Below, one piece after another: positions 18,748-28,172 of a stretch of DNA of 64,000 bases; position 1 is the first letter of the stretch; the number at the start of each line of letters is the position of its first letter. Below the pieces are notes generated by a model. That model did not search any database and was not told where the DNA came from. It saw nothing but the letters and a program-made list of their open reading frames with translations. Made by a program: the position numbers and the translations under genes. The stretch comes from Elusimicrobiota bacterium (GTDB lineage: Bacteria > Elusimicrobiota > Elusimicrobia > UBA1565): the NCBI GenBank assembly GCA_043819795.1, contig JBDREN010000095.1, positions 2,047 to 66,046 on the forward strand, read 5' to 3'.

Positions 18748-19338
18748 ATGACTAGGGACACAGCGACGGCGCCGGCTTCGGGCAGAGCGAAGCGGCTCCT
18801 TTTCCGGCGGCTTCTCAGGGAGAACGGCGACAAGATCTACTCTTTCGCCTTCAGCCTCGCGGGCAACGAGCCCGACGCGGCCGACTTGGTGGCGGAGGCA
18901 TTCGCTCGGGCGCTGCGCGGATTCGGCCACTACGAGGCGGAGAGGGATTTTCACAGTTGGATGTTCAAAATCGTCCAGAACATCTACATAGACCGCAAAC
19001 GCCGTCTGGAGCACAGAAAGACCGTGTCGATCGAGAACATGGCCGGGAGAGACGAAGACGGCGGGCGCCTGCAGGACCGTTGGGAATCGCCTGAGCCGCC
19101 CCCGGACCAGGAGCTCCTGCGCGATGAGGCGTCTTCGAACATCCGCAAGGCATTGGCGAGGCTCCCCGACGCGTTCCGCGAGCCGCTCATGCTCTGCGAC
19201 ATGTTCTCGATGAGCTACGGGCGGATATCAGAGACCCTGAAGGTCCCTGTCGGGACCGTCCGTTCCCGCATCTTCCGGGGACGGCAGCTGCTGCGCGACG
19301 TGATGCGGCCGTATGTGGAGGAAGGAGGGGCGCTATGA
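18748..19338 (+). CDS. ECF-family RNA polymerase sigma factor
   Basis: Trimmed to ATG 18748 (MTRDTATAP...). Region 2: FHSWMFKIVQNIYIDRKRR. Region 4: LPDAFREPLMLCDMFSMSYGRISETLKVPVGTVRSRIFRGRQLL. Confidence 0.85.
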   Translation: MTRDTATAPASGRAKRLLFRRLLRENGDKIYSFAFSLAGNEPDAADLVAEAFARALRGFGHYEAERDFHSWMFKIVQNIYIDRKRRLEHRKTVSIENMAGRDEDGGRLQDRWESPEPPPDQELLRDEASSNIRKALARLPDAFREPLMLCDMFSMSYGRISETLKVPVGTVRSRIFRGRQLLRDVMRPYVEEGGAL

Positions 19339-19814
19339 GCTGCGAGAAATACGCCGAAGCCGTCTCGTCCTACGTGGACGGCGAGCTGGAGCCAGGGGAG
19401 CGCCTGGACTTGGCGACGCATCTCGCCCGATGCTCCGGATGCATGGCGGATCTCGTGGAGACGGAACGGGCCAAGGCCCTTGTGTCGGCCGAAACGCCCC
19501 GCAAGATGCCCGAGGCCCTGCGATCGAGGATCGGGAGCATGATCGACGAGGAGTCGGCCGCTGTCGAGCCTTTGTGGCGCCGCCTGTGGTCCCCGATCCC
19601 CCGTCATCCGCGCTGGGCGCTCGCCGGCGCCGCCGCCGCGGCGGCCGCCCTGGCCATCGGCCTCGGCTCGCTCAGGACCGAGAAGCCCACCACCGTGCCT
19701 CTCGATCGGCTCCTCGCCGAGCACGTGCGCTCGAGCCGGAAGTCGGTGGATATCCATCGGGGCATCCTCGCGGCGGCCCCATACGATGTGATGAGGCAGT
19801 ATCGGGACGAATGA
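19335..19814 (+). CDS. anti-sigma factor (zf-HC2 type, single TM)
   Basis: ATGA overlap with the sigma gene. Has the H-x3-C-x2-C motif (THLARCSGC) and a TM segment WALAGAAAAAAALAIGLGSL. Confidence 0.8.
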   Translation: MSCEKYAEAVSSYVDGELEPGERLDLATHLARCSGCMADLVETERAKALVSAETPRKMPEALRSRIGSMIDEESAAVEPLWRRLWSPIPRHPRWALAGAAAAAAALAIGLGSLRTEKPTTVPLDRLLAEHVRSSRKSVDIHRGILAAAPYDVMRQYRDE

Positions 19815-20845
19815 AACGGGCAGGCATGACCTCGGCGGTAGCGCTCGGCATCGCGCTCGCCTTGCCCGCAAGCGCCGCGGGCGGCGCCGAGCAGCAGACC
19901 ATCTTGGAACTGGCGGTGGCCCCCCCCACTAAGGCGTTCACCGGGAAAAGCCTCGTCACGACCTGGCACGGGAAGAGCAGTAGAGCGGTCGAGCAAAAGG
20001 TGTATTTCAGCCCCCCGGGCAAGTGGCGCCACGAGGTGCTCAACGCCTCCGGCAAGGTGGTCAAGACCACCATCCAGCGCGGGACGAAGGAGTGGGTGGT
20101 CCAGGACGGCTACGGCATCACTCTCGAACGCGACGTAAAGCGGATCCGCGAGGGAGACCTGGGCCGCGCGGAGCTCAAGAATCTGATCGCGGAGAACTTC
20201 GATATTGAAATCGTCGGAGAGCGCGACCTGCTCGGCTTTCGGGCGAAGGGGGTCTCTCTTACCCCGAAGTCCAAGGTGGGGCCTCGACGCGTGCTCTGGG
20301 TCGATCCGAAGACCGGCATCGTCCTCCACAGGCGCCAGACCAACCATCGCGGCAGATTGGTGCGCGAGTCGCGCATGGTCGTGCTCGAGGCCGCCGACCG
20401 CCTGCCCGAGAACCTCTTCACGCCGCCCCCGGAGGACGAACGGCCGATCGTCCGCGAGAAGATGCGCCCGGAGATCGAGTCGGCGGCCGCCCTGAAGGCC
20501 AAAGGGTTCCCGAAGACGGCCTGGCAGCCCCAGATCCCCTACGGCTACAGGATGGACTCGGTGCGGATCCTGCCCGTCGGGGAAGCGCGGATCGCCCATT
20601 TTCGCTACACGGACGGACTGTCCCCGCTGTCTCTGTTCCTCTCGCCCTACGCGATCGACGCCTCGGACATGCCCGCGTCCCTGTCCGGCCTCGACAACGG
20701 ACAGGGCTTCGCGGCCACCTCCTGGGCCGGGACGGTCCTCGGCTGGCGGCAGAAGCGTCTGCACTACCTGCTCGTCGGGGATCTGAGCCGGGGCAATCTC
20801 CGCAAGATCAAACGCTTGCTGCGCTCGGCTAAGGCGCCCGGCTGA
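19811..20845 (+). CDS. exported RseB/MucB- or LolA-like protein (third gene of the ECF module)
   Basis: In-frame ATG 19811 inside ORF 19313-20845, with an ATGA overlap with the anti-sigma stop. Signal peptide MKRAGMTSAVALGIALALPASAAGG. The function is assigned from position plus weak resemblance only. Confidence 0.55.
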   Translation: MKRAGMTSAVALGIALALPASAAGGAEQQTILELAVAPPTKAFTGKSLVTTWHGKSSRAVEQKVYFSPPGKWRHEVLNASGKVVKTTIQRGTKEWVVQDGYGITLERDVKRIREGDLGRAELKNLIAENFDIEIVGERDLLGFRAKGVSLTPKSKVGPRRVLWVDPKTGIVLHRRQTNHRGRLVRESRMVVLEAADRLPENLFTPPPEDERPIVREKMRPEIESAAALKAKGFPKTAWQPQIPYGYRMDSVRILPVGEARIAHFRYTDGLSPLSLFLSPYAIDASDMPASLSGLDNGQGFAATSWAGTVLGWRQKRLHYLLVGDLSRGNLRKIKRLLRSAKAPG

Positions 20846-20934
20846 ACCCGCGGGCCGGCGGCAGCCGGCGCCTCATTTCCGCCGCCCGGGGAACAGCCGG
20901 CCCCGGCCGATCGTCCGCCCCTGCTCCGCCGGAC

Positions 20935-22431
20935 TCAGGACCCCGGCGCCGCTCGCTCCGAGACGCCCGCATCCGCCACGCCCAGCCGGAAGGAGACTCG
21001 GGACCCCTTCCCCGGCGTGGTCCTCACCGCCAATTGCGAGCCATGCGAATGGAGGACGTCCCGCACCAGCGAAAGCCCGATGCCGAAGCCCCTGGCGAGG
21101 CTCCGGGCATCCAGCGGCCGGTGTCCGACTCCGGAGAGCACGTGCCGCAGGATCTCCTCGTCCATGCCGACGCCGTCGTCATCCACCCAGCACTCGACCG
21201 TCCCCTCCCGAAAGGCCGCGCCGACCTCGACGCGCCCGTTCTGCCGGGAATACTTGATGGCGTTCCCGAGGATATTGTTCACGACGAACGAAATCGAGGC
21301 GGGATGCCCCTTGACCATGGGCAGATCGTCCGGGACCCGGCACGTGAGCTCGATGGCCTTGCCCCGGAGCTGATAGTCGCAGAAGGCCGCCGCCCGCCGC
21401 AGGATCGCTCCCAGGTCCACCGGCCTGAGCTCGAGAGTGAGTTTGTCCGATCCGCCGCGGGCCAGCCCAAGGAACTCCTCCGCCATCGCCGCGAGCGTCT
21501 TCGCGCTCGCGCGGATGATGCTCACGATATGCCTCTTCCTCTCCGCGGGCAATTCCTCCTCGTCGTCGAGAAGCGCCACGCCGCCCAGGATCGACGTCAT
21601 GGCGTTCGCGTACTCATGGCTGACCAAGGACACCAGGCGGCTGCGCATGTCCACGAGCCCTTTGAGGCTCTCGTATTGGACCTTGAGACGCGCGGCCATG
21701 CGGGCCGAGGCCTCCTGCAGCAGGAAGACCTCTCTCGTCCCCGCCGTCTGCATCCCCTCTTCCCAGCCCCGCGCCACATCGAAGGCGAGAAGGCTCCGCG
21801 TCAACTCACCGATAGGGCGCGCGATCCGCTTGCTCAATAGGAATGCCAGCAGCCAGGCGGACCCTACTCCGGAAGCGGCGACGGCGAGGAACGCGTAGAA
21901 GGACGCCGCTTGCGTGACGCGGCGCTGCCGCTCAAGCTGTTGAAGATTCAGCTCTCTGATATTCTTGAGAGCTTCGAGCAGCGGCTCCGCATCCAGCTGA
22001 CCCCGATCGCCGGGCGCGGAAACGCCCTCAGCACTCGGAGCCCGCCTCCGCCGGCTTTCGGTCCGGGCGACATATCCCCGGAGGTCCGTCCTCAGGCCCG
22101 CCAGCATCGCGGACTCGCGATCGCTTGGATTAAAACCCTCCAGCTTGGACAGAGCTTGTACCACCTCTTCCGTGATCCGCCGCCGTTCGTTCAGAAATCC
22201 CTTCCCCCCCGTTTCCGCGTACCGTTCCGTCGTCCACCCCAGGCGCCGCAGCGACACCCTGATATCCGAGAGCACCGAGAGCGCGCTCAGATTCTCCGAC
22301 AGGGCCCGTTCAAGGGCCGAGTGCGCGTCGGCGCGCCACAAAAACGCGATCGTGACCGCCACCAAGAGCGCAAAGGAATACACCCCGATGGAGATCCAGA
22401 AGTATGTCCGCAACGCCGGCCTGCCGTTCAT
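20935..22431 (-). CDS. sensor histidine kinase (TM-HAMP-HisKA-HATPase)
   Basis: 498-aa ORF. N-terminal TM segment, second TM plus HAMP-like region, H-box SLVSHEYANAMTSILGG, and an ATPase G-box GFGIGLSLVRDVLHSHGSQLAV. Confidence 0.85.
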   Translation of the reverse strand: MNGRPALRTYFWISIGVYSFALLVAVTIAFLWRADAHSALERALSENLSALSVLSDIRVSLRRLGWTTERYAETGGKGFLNERRRITEEVVQALSKLEGFNPSDRESAMLAGLRTDLRGYVARTESRRRRAPSAEGVSAPGDRGQLDAEPLLEALKNIRELNLQQLERQRRVTQAASFYAFLAVAASGVGSAWLLAFLLSKRIARPIGELTRSLLAFDVARGWEEGMQTAGTREVFLLQEASARMAARLKVQYESLKGLVDMRSRLVSLVSHEYANAMTSILGGVALLDDEEELPAERKRHIVSIIRASAKTLAAMAEEFLGLARGGSDKLTLELRPVDLGAILRRAAAFCDYQLRGKAIELTCRVPDDLPMVKGHPASISFVVNNILGNAIKYSRQNGRVEVGAAFREGTVECWVDDDGVGMDEEILRHVLSGVGHRPLDARSLARGFGIGLSLVRDVLHSHGSQLAVRTTPGKGSRVSFRLGVADAGVSERAAPGS

Positions 22432-22571
22432 CGCCCCTCCTTAGCCACCCTCACTACGGCTCCGCCGCCCGATAGTTCCCGAGTAGAGCCCGCGGCGCGG
22501 GAACTTTTTCCGGCTTTCCCCGTAGTGTACGTATCGCGCCCGAACTCGGGCGAACGGCATGCAGCCAAAAC

Positions 22572-22748
22572 CCAGGATACTGGGAGTTCATCAAGGGGCT
22601 GTGCGCGGGGGGCGATTCCTGGCTGACCAAGCCTTTCTCGCCGGACCAGCTCATCGGGCATGTCCGGTATCTGCTAATATTTTCCATAGTATCGCTCTTT
22701 TGCTTGGACAACGCCCAACATGACGCAAAAGAAAAGGAGGATCGATGA
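22572..22748 (+). pseudogene. remnant of a response-regulator receiver domain (C-terminal end only)
   Basis: Frame-0 translation PGYWEFIKGLCAGGDSWLTKPFSPDQLIGHVRYLL matches the ..AGADDYLTKPF...L..R...LL end of CheY-like receivers. The frame opens only after TAG 22473-22475, and no ATG/GTG/TTG precedes the motif. It ends in TGA 22746-22748, overlapping the next ATG. Confidence 0.6.
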
Positions 22749-23401
22749 ACGCAGGGATCACTAGTACGGCAGCATTGACTCTCGCATGTCTCATCACCGC
22801 CATCGCGGTGCGGGCCGAGCCCGCGCGGATGCCCGCCGACGAGTCCGGGACCGTGGCGCCGCCGGCGGTCAAGAAAGCCCCGTCCAGACGCGAGGAGGAG
22901 TCGATACTCAAGCAGCTGAGGAAGACGCTGGATCAGCACATCCAGACGATCGTCCGGCAGAACGACGGCTTCTACATCATCGGCGACCCGGAGACGGAGG
23001 ACGATCGCATGCTCACCCTCAAGCGCGTCGACACGGCACCGGCGAGAAGGGTCTCGGACGATAAGTACATTCTCAGGGCGGATTTCACCGAGGAGGGCGA
23101 TCCCGAGTTCGGCGAGGTGAGCGTCCCCGTGGAGGTGGATTTCTCCCTCGTCCGGGAGAAAGGTAATTGGACGGTCGAGGACGAGACCCTCTACAGCGTG
23201 AGCGGCGTCCCTCGGTTCTCCTACTCGGCCGACAACCAGCGCGTGTTCACCGGGGAGAAGGACGAGATGGGCGTACTCCCGGAGCCGTTCGAAGAGCCCA
23301 CGTATGAGCCCGAGATGGAAAACGACGAGCCCCCCTTCGAAGAGGCCGCGCCTGACCTGATAGAAGACGAACAGGAACCTCAAGACGAGTCCGAACTATA
23401 G
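22745..23401 (+). CDS. hypothetical exported protein with a highly acidic C-terminus
   Basis: 218-aa ORF with a strong SD AAAAGGAGG 4 nt upstream. Signal peptide MNAGITSTAALTLACLITAIAVRA. C-terminal tail EPFEEPTYEPEMENDEPPFEEAAPDLIEDEQEPQDESEL. I recognise no family. Confidence 0.7.
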   Translation: MNAGITSTAALTLACLITAIAVRAEPARMPADESGTVAPPAVKKAPSRREEESILKQLRKTLDQHIQTIVRQNDGFYIIGDPETEDDRMLTLKRVDTAPARRVSDDKYILRADFTEEGDPEFGEVSVPVEVDFSLVREKGNWTVEDETLYSVSGVPRFSYSADNQRVFTGEKDEMGVLPEPFEEPTYEPEMENDEPPFEEAAPDLIEDEQEPQDESEL

Positions 23402-23508
23402 CAGAAGCGCCCCCCTCGGAAGGCTGGCTCGCGGTCGTCATCCGTCCGCGGGTCAGCCTTTCCCGAAGGGCTTCCCGTCTCCGGACGGCGTTTGCCAACG
23501 CAGAGAGG

Positions 23509-23691
23509 AAGGTCCTTCTTATCGAAGACAACGTCCCGCTGAAGGAGTTTCTCGCCGCGGGGTTGCATGACGGCGCCGCGGCGTACATATCGAAAGCCTT
23601 CGAGCTGATGGCCCTTGTCTGGCTCATCGAACGTTCGCTCGGGGCTTTCTCGCCGATCCCGTCCCCCCGCTCCTGGCGGCGGAAAGAATGA
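23509..23691 (+). pseudogene. internally deleted response-regulator receiver remnant
   Basis: Reads KVLLIEDNVPLKEFLAAGLHDGAAAYISKAFELMALVWLIERSL, i.e. receiver beta1/alpha1 joined directly to the alpha4-beta5-alpha5 end. There is no in-frame start codon before the KVLLIEDN motif, and the track lists no ORF of 60 aa or more in this frame. TGA 23689-23691 overlaps the next ATG. Confidence 0.55.
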
Positions 23692-24184
23692 GCTCGCTCA
23701 TCGTTGCGGCTCTGTTCTCGTGCCTTGCGGGCGGCGCTGCCGAGGCGGCCGAGCCGTCGCCGGTCCTGGAAAGGATCGCGCCCGTGATCGACCGGTTCCA
23801 CAACCTCGAGTTCGAGCAATCCCTGGCCGCGGCGCGCGAGATAGAGCGCGAGTTCCCTGGACATCCTGCCGGGCCGTTCTATTCGAGCGTCGTCCACTAC
23901 CAGCGCGTGCGGCGGCGCTCTATCGCGCGGCCGAGTGCCTGGTCCTCTCCGGCCAGGCCGAAAAAGCCGGCGGTCTTCTGGACCGCGTCGAGCATGCCTT
24001 CCTGCCCGGCGGGCTCCAAGCGTGGATGCGCCTGAGGCGGGCCAACGTGCTGGAGGCCCGCGGTGAATACGCGCGAGCACGCGAGATCCTTGGGGAACTG
24101 CCCCGCCAGATGGCCAGACCCGGGGCCATCTGGAAGTTCGACTGGCCACCCACAGGCACGCCGGATGTCGACAGCCTCCACTGA
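23688..24184 (+). pseudogene. frameshifted/shortened TPR-like exported protein
   Basis: ORF 23688-24035 starts with a signal peptide plus ...EREFPGHPAGPFYSSVVHYQR, then turns into an Arg/Ser/Pro-rich off-frame tail. From about 23900 the -1 frame (tail of ORF 23615-24184) reads AAALYRAAECLVLSGQAEKAGGLLDRVEHAFLPGGLQAWMRLRRANVLEARGEYARAREILGEL (TPR-like). Confidence 0.5.
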
Positions 24185-24258
24185 ATGGCTCATAAGCCGC
24201 GGAGGGCGTGGAGGAATGCCGTGTCAGGCTCGTCTCCGGCCCGGAGAGGGAGCCTCCT

Positions 24259-25521
24259 TCAATATAGGGCGAAATCCACCATCGTGGTCTTGAGCTGGGG
24301 GGTCTGCTCCCGGTTCAGCATCCGGGCCGCCCGGCCCACCTCTTTGAGCGCGTAGGCGTGAAGCTCTTTGATCGTTATGGACTTGTTCCCATCCGCGTCG
24401 GCCGCGCCCTGAAGCCCCTTGAGCACGTAATAGGTGAACATGCCGTGGCCCTGCTCCTTCAAAGAGCCGGTGATCTCGCTGCCCGAGGCGGCGCTCAGCA
24501 CGGAGAGCCGGGTGACCAGCGGGAGCTCGGGATCGGCGGTCAGCACCAGGGGCCTGGTTCCTTTCGCGATCACGGACCGCCCGCCCGCTCCCGAGAAGCA
24601 GGTGTCGAGGATCGCCACGACCTTCTCGGCTTTGAGCTTGGAGAGCGTCGCGTAAACGTCCTTGAGCGCGTAGGCGCTGGATCGGATGAAGGACGGGTCC
24701 ACGTCCCAAGGCATCAGATGCGCGTCGCCCGACCCCGGGTCCATCGCGCCGTGGCCCGCGTAGTAGAAGTAGACGCGCGATTTCGCCGTCACGTTCCGCG
24801 GCAGCCACTCCTCCAGGTGCTTGACCAGTTCGCCGCGCGTGGCCGTGGCCCCGGAGAGGATGACGACGTGCGACGCCGGCACTCCCATGCCCTCCAAGTA
24901 CTCGCGCATGGTGCTGGCGTCGCGCTCGGCGTAGTCCGCCCGCGGCAGGGCGCGATACCGGTCGACGCCCACGACGAGGGCGAAGTCGTGGGGACGATTC
25001 TTCCCCTTGGGATGGTCGCGGTCCACGTCCGAAGCCACGGCGACCGGCTCGGCCGCGGCGGACGACGCGGACGCCGGAGCGTCCTTGCCTCTCACGGTCT
25101 TCTCGCCGGAGTCCCCGTCGCCGCTCCTCGCCGGAGGCTCCTCGGGACGGAGCAGGCTCTCCACTCTGTCGAGCTGGGCCCTGACCAAGTCCTGGCGGGG
25201 CTTCTTTCCCAGATGCCGCATGACGACCGAACCCTCGACGATGGTGGTCTTGTCGTACGCGGACCGGTAGAAATAGAACGTGTAGAGCCCCCCCCCGGCA
25301 TCCAGATTCACGAAGAGGGTATCCTCTTCCTCGGTGACCTCGAAGCCGCCGTGGGCGGCGAAAGAGGCGAGGAGCGCCTCGCGGACCTTGCTGAACGACG
25401 CCTCGAAGCTCCTTTGGACGCCCGTCCCTCTCTCCGGACGCACAAGGACCGCGCCCGTCGCGCAGCCCCAGAGCGCCGCGGCGCCCGTCAGGGTTAACAG
25501 CAGCGGTTTCGGGCCCGACAC
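24259..25521 (-). CDS. caspase-family (peptidase C14) lipoprotein
   Basis: 420-aa ORF with GTG start. Lipoprotein signal LLLTLTGAAALWGC. Catalytic dyad contexts YFYYAGHG and VAILDTCFSGAGG. Confidence 0.85.
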   Translation of the reverse strand: MSGPKPLLLTLTGAAALWGCATGAVLVRPERGTGVQRSFEASFSKVREALLASFAAHGGFEVTEEEDTLFVNLDAGGGLYTFYFYRSAYDKTTIVEGSVVMRHLGKKPRQDLVRAQLDRVESLLRPEEPPARSGDGDSGEKTVRGKDAPASASSAAAEPVAVASDVDRDHPKGKNRPHDFALVVGVDRYRALPRADYAERDASTMREYLEGMGVPASHVVILSGATATRGELVKHLEEWLPRNVTAKSRVYFYYAGHGAMDPGSGDAHLMPWDVDPSFIRSSAYALKDVYATLSKLKAEKVVAILDTCFSGAGGRSVIAKGTRPLVLTADPELPLVTRLSVLSAASGSEITGSLKEQGHGMFTYYVLKGLQGAADADGNKSITIKELHAYALKEVGRAARMLNREQTPQLKTTMVDFALY

Positions 25522-25526
25522 TTAGC

Positions 25527-25916
25527 CTACGCGAGGACCGCCTTGTAGCCGTAGCAGAGGACGCCGGCCTCGCCGACCTCTCGGATCTTGCGGAACGCCA
25601 ACCGGACCTGGGTCCCGATCTCCACGTCCTGGGGGTCGCAATCGGTCACCTGCATGGTCAACCGCACGCCGTGGTCGAGCTCGACCACGGCCAGCACGTA
25701 CGGGGCCTGGTCCTTGAACGCGCTCGGCGGCGTCCGGATCACCGTGAAGGTCTGGATCGTCCCCGTGTCGGCGAGCTTCACCGTCTCGAACTCGCGGGAC
25801 CGGCAGGCGTCGCAGATCAGCCGCGGAGGCATGAACGCCTTGCCGCACTTGACGCACTTGCCCGCCTCCAGCCTGTAGCGCTGCGGGATCTCCCTCCAGT
25901 ATCTCTGCGGTTGCAT
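25527..25916 (-). CDS. DUF35 Zn-ribbon/OB-fold protein (scaffold of the thiolase/HMG-CoA synthase complex)
   Basis: 129 aa. CxxC...CxxC ribbon (CVKCGKAFMPPRLICDAC) followed by an OB-fold region. Adjacent to thiolase and HMGCS, as in archaea. Confidence 0.8.
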   Translation of the reverse strand: MQPQRYWREIPQRYRLEAGKCVKCGKAFMPPRLICDACRSREFETVKLADTGTIQTFTVIRTPPSAFKDQAPYVLAVVELDHGVRLTMQVTDCDPQDVEIGTQVRLAFRKIREVGEAGVLCYGYKAVLA

Positions 25917-25929
25917 GGCGATCCCTCCT

Positions 25930-27087
25930 CTATACGGCCGCGAAGATCGAGACCATCGCGCTTCCCCCGGAGCCGCCCATGTTCTGGGCCAGCCCCACGC
26001 GCGCCTTGGCCACCTGCCTCGGCCCGGCCTGCCGCCTGAGCTGCTCGGTGATCTCGACGATCTGCGCGACGCCGGTCGCGCCCACGGGATGCCCCTTGGA
26101 CTTGAGCCCCCCGCTCATATTCACGGGGATCCTGCCCCCAGGCCCCGTCTCCCCGCTCTCGACGAGCTTGCCGCCCTTGCCCGGTTTGGCGAAGCCGAGG
26201 GCCTCGGTCGCCATGATCTCGGCGATCGTGAAGCAGTCGTGGACCTCGGCCACGTCGATGTCCGCCGGCTTCACCTTGGCCGCCTTGTAGGCCCTGGCCG
26301 CCGCCTCCTTGACCGCGCCGAGCGCGCAGAGGCTTCTCCTCGCGTGGAGCGCTATGGTGTCGGTCGCCTGGCCGATCCCCAGGACCTTCACCAGGCCGTT
26401 CTTGGCCAGTTTCTTCGCCCTCGCCATGGGGCAAAGCACCAGCGCCGCGGCGCCGTCGGTCACGGGGGAGCAGTCCAGCATCCGCAGTGGGTCCGCCACC
26501 ATCGTCGAGGACTCCACGTCCTCCGCCGAGATCTTCATCCGGAACTGGGCGTTCTCGTTGTTGACCCCGTTGGCGTGGTTCTTGACGGCCACGAGCGAAA
26601 GCTGACGCCTGGTCGTCTTATGCTCGTGCATGTGCCTTCTGGCCATCATGGCGTAAAGGCCGGGGAAGGTCGCCCCGTTATAGGCCTCGTACTCCTGGTC
26701 CGCGGCCGTGCCCAGCGCGCAGGTGGTCTCGTCGCCGCTCACGTCCGTCATCTTCTCGACGCCGACGACCAGGGCGCAGTCGCTCAGGCCCGCGGCGACC
26801 TCGGCGTAGCCCGACCGGAAGGCCGCCGCGCCCGAGGCGCAGGCGGACTCCACGCGCGTGGCCGGAACGCCGGCGCAGCCGAGATAGTCCGCCACCAGGG
26901 ACGCCGCATGCTCCTGGCCGGTGAAGAGCCCGCTCGACATGCACCCGACGTGGATCGAGTCGATCCCTCCGGCCTTGCTCTCGCTCATGGCCTTGAGCGC
27001 GGCCTCCACGGCGAGGTCCCGAAGGGAGCTCTTCCATATCTCCCCCCACTTCGTCATCCCGACACCGACGATCGCCACATCCCTCAT
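25930..27087 (-). CDS. acetyl-CoA acetyltransferase (archaeal-type/SCP-x-like thiolase)
   Basis: 385 aa with [15 protein letters not shown], active-site Cys context [12 protein letters not shown], and GHPVGATGV. Confidence 0.85.
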   Translation of the reverse strand: MRDVAIVGVGMTKWGEIWKSSLRDLAVEAALKAMSESKAGGIDSIHVGCMSSGLFTGQEHAASLVADYLGCAGVPATRVESACASGAAAFRSGYAEVAAGLSDCALVVGVEKMTDVSGDETTCALGTAADQEYEAYNGATFPGLYAMMARRHMHEHKTTRRQLSLVAVKNHANGVNNENAQFRMKISAEDVESSTMVADPLRMLDCSPVTDGAAALVLCPMARAKKLAKNGLVKVLGIGQATDTIALHARRSLCALGAVKEAAARAYKAAKVKPADIDVAEVHDCFTIAEIMATEALGFAKPGKGGKLVESGETGPGGRIPVNMSGGLKSKGHPVGATGVAQIVEITEQLRRQAGPRQVAKARVGLAQNMGGSGGSAMVSIFAAV

Positions 27088-27098
27088 GATATCGGCTC

Positions 27099-28154
27099 CT
27101 ATCGCTCCGCCATCCGGATCTTCTTGCGGAACTTCATATAGGTCCCGTAGTTCAGGTACCTCTTGTCGTTGTCCAGGAGCTCCCGCGTCTTGGGCGCGAG
27201 GTCCTGGACCTCCTTGATCCTCTTGGTCGTCCTGAAGACGAAACCGTCGCTTCCGGCGCCCGACCCGTATGAGACGACCAGGATGTTGTCTCCGGGCTTG
27301 GCGACGTCGAGGACGGCGGTCAGCCCCAGCGGGGAGGACCCTGAGTACGTGTTCCCGAGCCTATTGATCAGCCAGCCGGTGAGGATCTGGCTCTCCTTGA
27401 AGCCGAGCCTCTTGCCGGCCCGCAGGGGGAACTTGCCGTTTGGCTGATGGAATACCGCGTACCGGAAGTCCGCGGGCTTCATCCCCGCTTTCTCCATCAT
27501 GCCTCGGGCGGCGCCCAGGACGTGCTTGAAGTATGAGGGCTCTCCGGTGAACCTGCCGCCGTGGTTGGGGTAGCGCATGTACTCGCGTCGCCAGAAGTCC
27601 GGCGTGTCGGTCATGAAGGCGTAGGCGTCGATGAGCTCGGCCACGCACCGCTCCTCCTCCGCTCCGAATACGAAGGCCGCGGCCCCGGCCGCGGCCGAGT
27701 ATTCGAGAGCGTCGCCCGGCGCCCCCTGGGAGGTGTCCGCGCCGATCCCCATGGCGTACTTCACGGCGCCGGCCTTCACCAACTGGCTGGCCACGAACAT
27801 CCCCTCCGTGCCCGCCTTGCAGGCGAACTCCAAGTCCGCCGTACGGCATTCGGGGGTGGCGCCCAGCGCCTCGGCCACGACCGTGCCGGTCGGCTTGACA
27901 GCGTAGGGATGGGACTCGTAGCCCACGTACACGGCCCCGATGTCGGCGGGATCGATCCCGGCCCGCTTGACCGCCCTGCGGGCGGCCTCCACGGACATCG
28001 TGATGGTGTCCTGGTCCGGCGAAGGAACGGACTTTTCCTCCAGCATCAGGCTCTTCTTGTAGCTCGGAGCGTCCGCGCCCCAAGCCGCGGCGATCTCCTC
28101 CACCTTGATCCGGTTCCTGGGGATGTCCGCCCCGTACCCGCAGATTCCGACCAT
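27099..28154 (-). CDS. hydroxymethylglutaryl-CoA synthase (archaeal type)
   Basis: 351 aa with [22 protein letters not shown], catalytic Cys context [13 protein letters not shown], and HQPNGKFP. Confidence 0.85.
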   Translation of the reverse strand: MVGICGYGADIPRNRIKVEEIAAAWGADAPSYKKSLMLEEKSVPSPDQDTITMSVEAARRAVKRAGIDPADIGAVYVGYESHPYAVKPTGTVVAEALGATPECRTADLEFACKAGTEGMFVASQLVKAGAVKYAMGIGADTSQGAPGDALEYSAAAGAAAFVFGAEEERCVAELIDAYAFMTDTPDFWRREYMRYPNHGGRFTGEPSYFKHVLGAARGMMEKAGMKPADFRYAVFHQPNGKFPLRAGKRLGFKESQILTGWLINRLGNTYSGSSPLGLTAVLDVAKPGDNILVVSYGSGAGSDGFVFRTTKRIKEVQDLAPKTRELLDNDKRYLNYGTYMKFRKKIRMAER

Positions 28155-28172
28155 AAGTCCCGCCTCCCCTCG

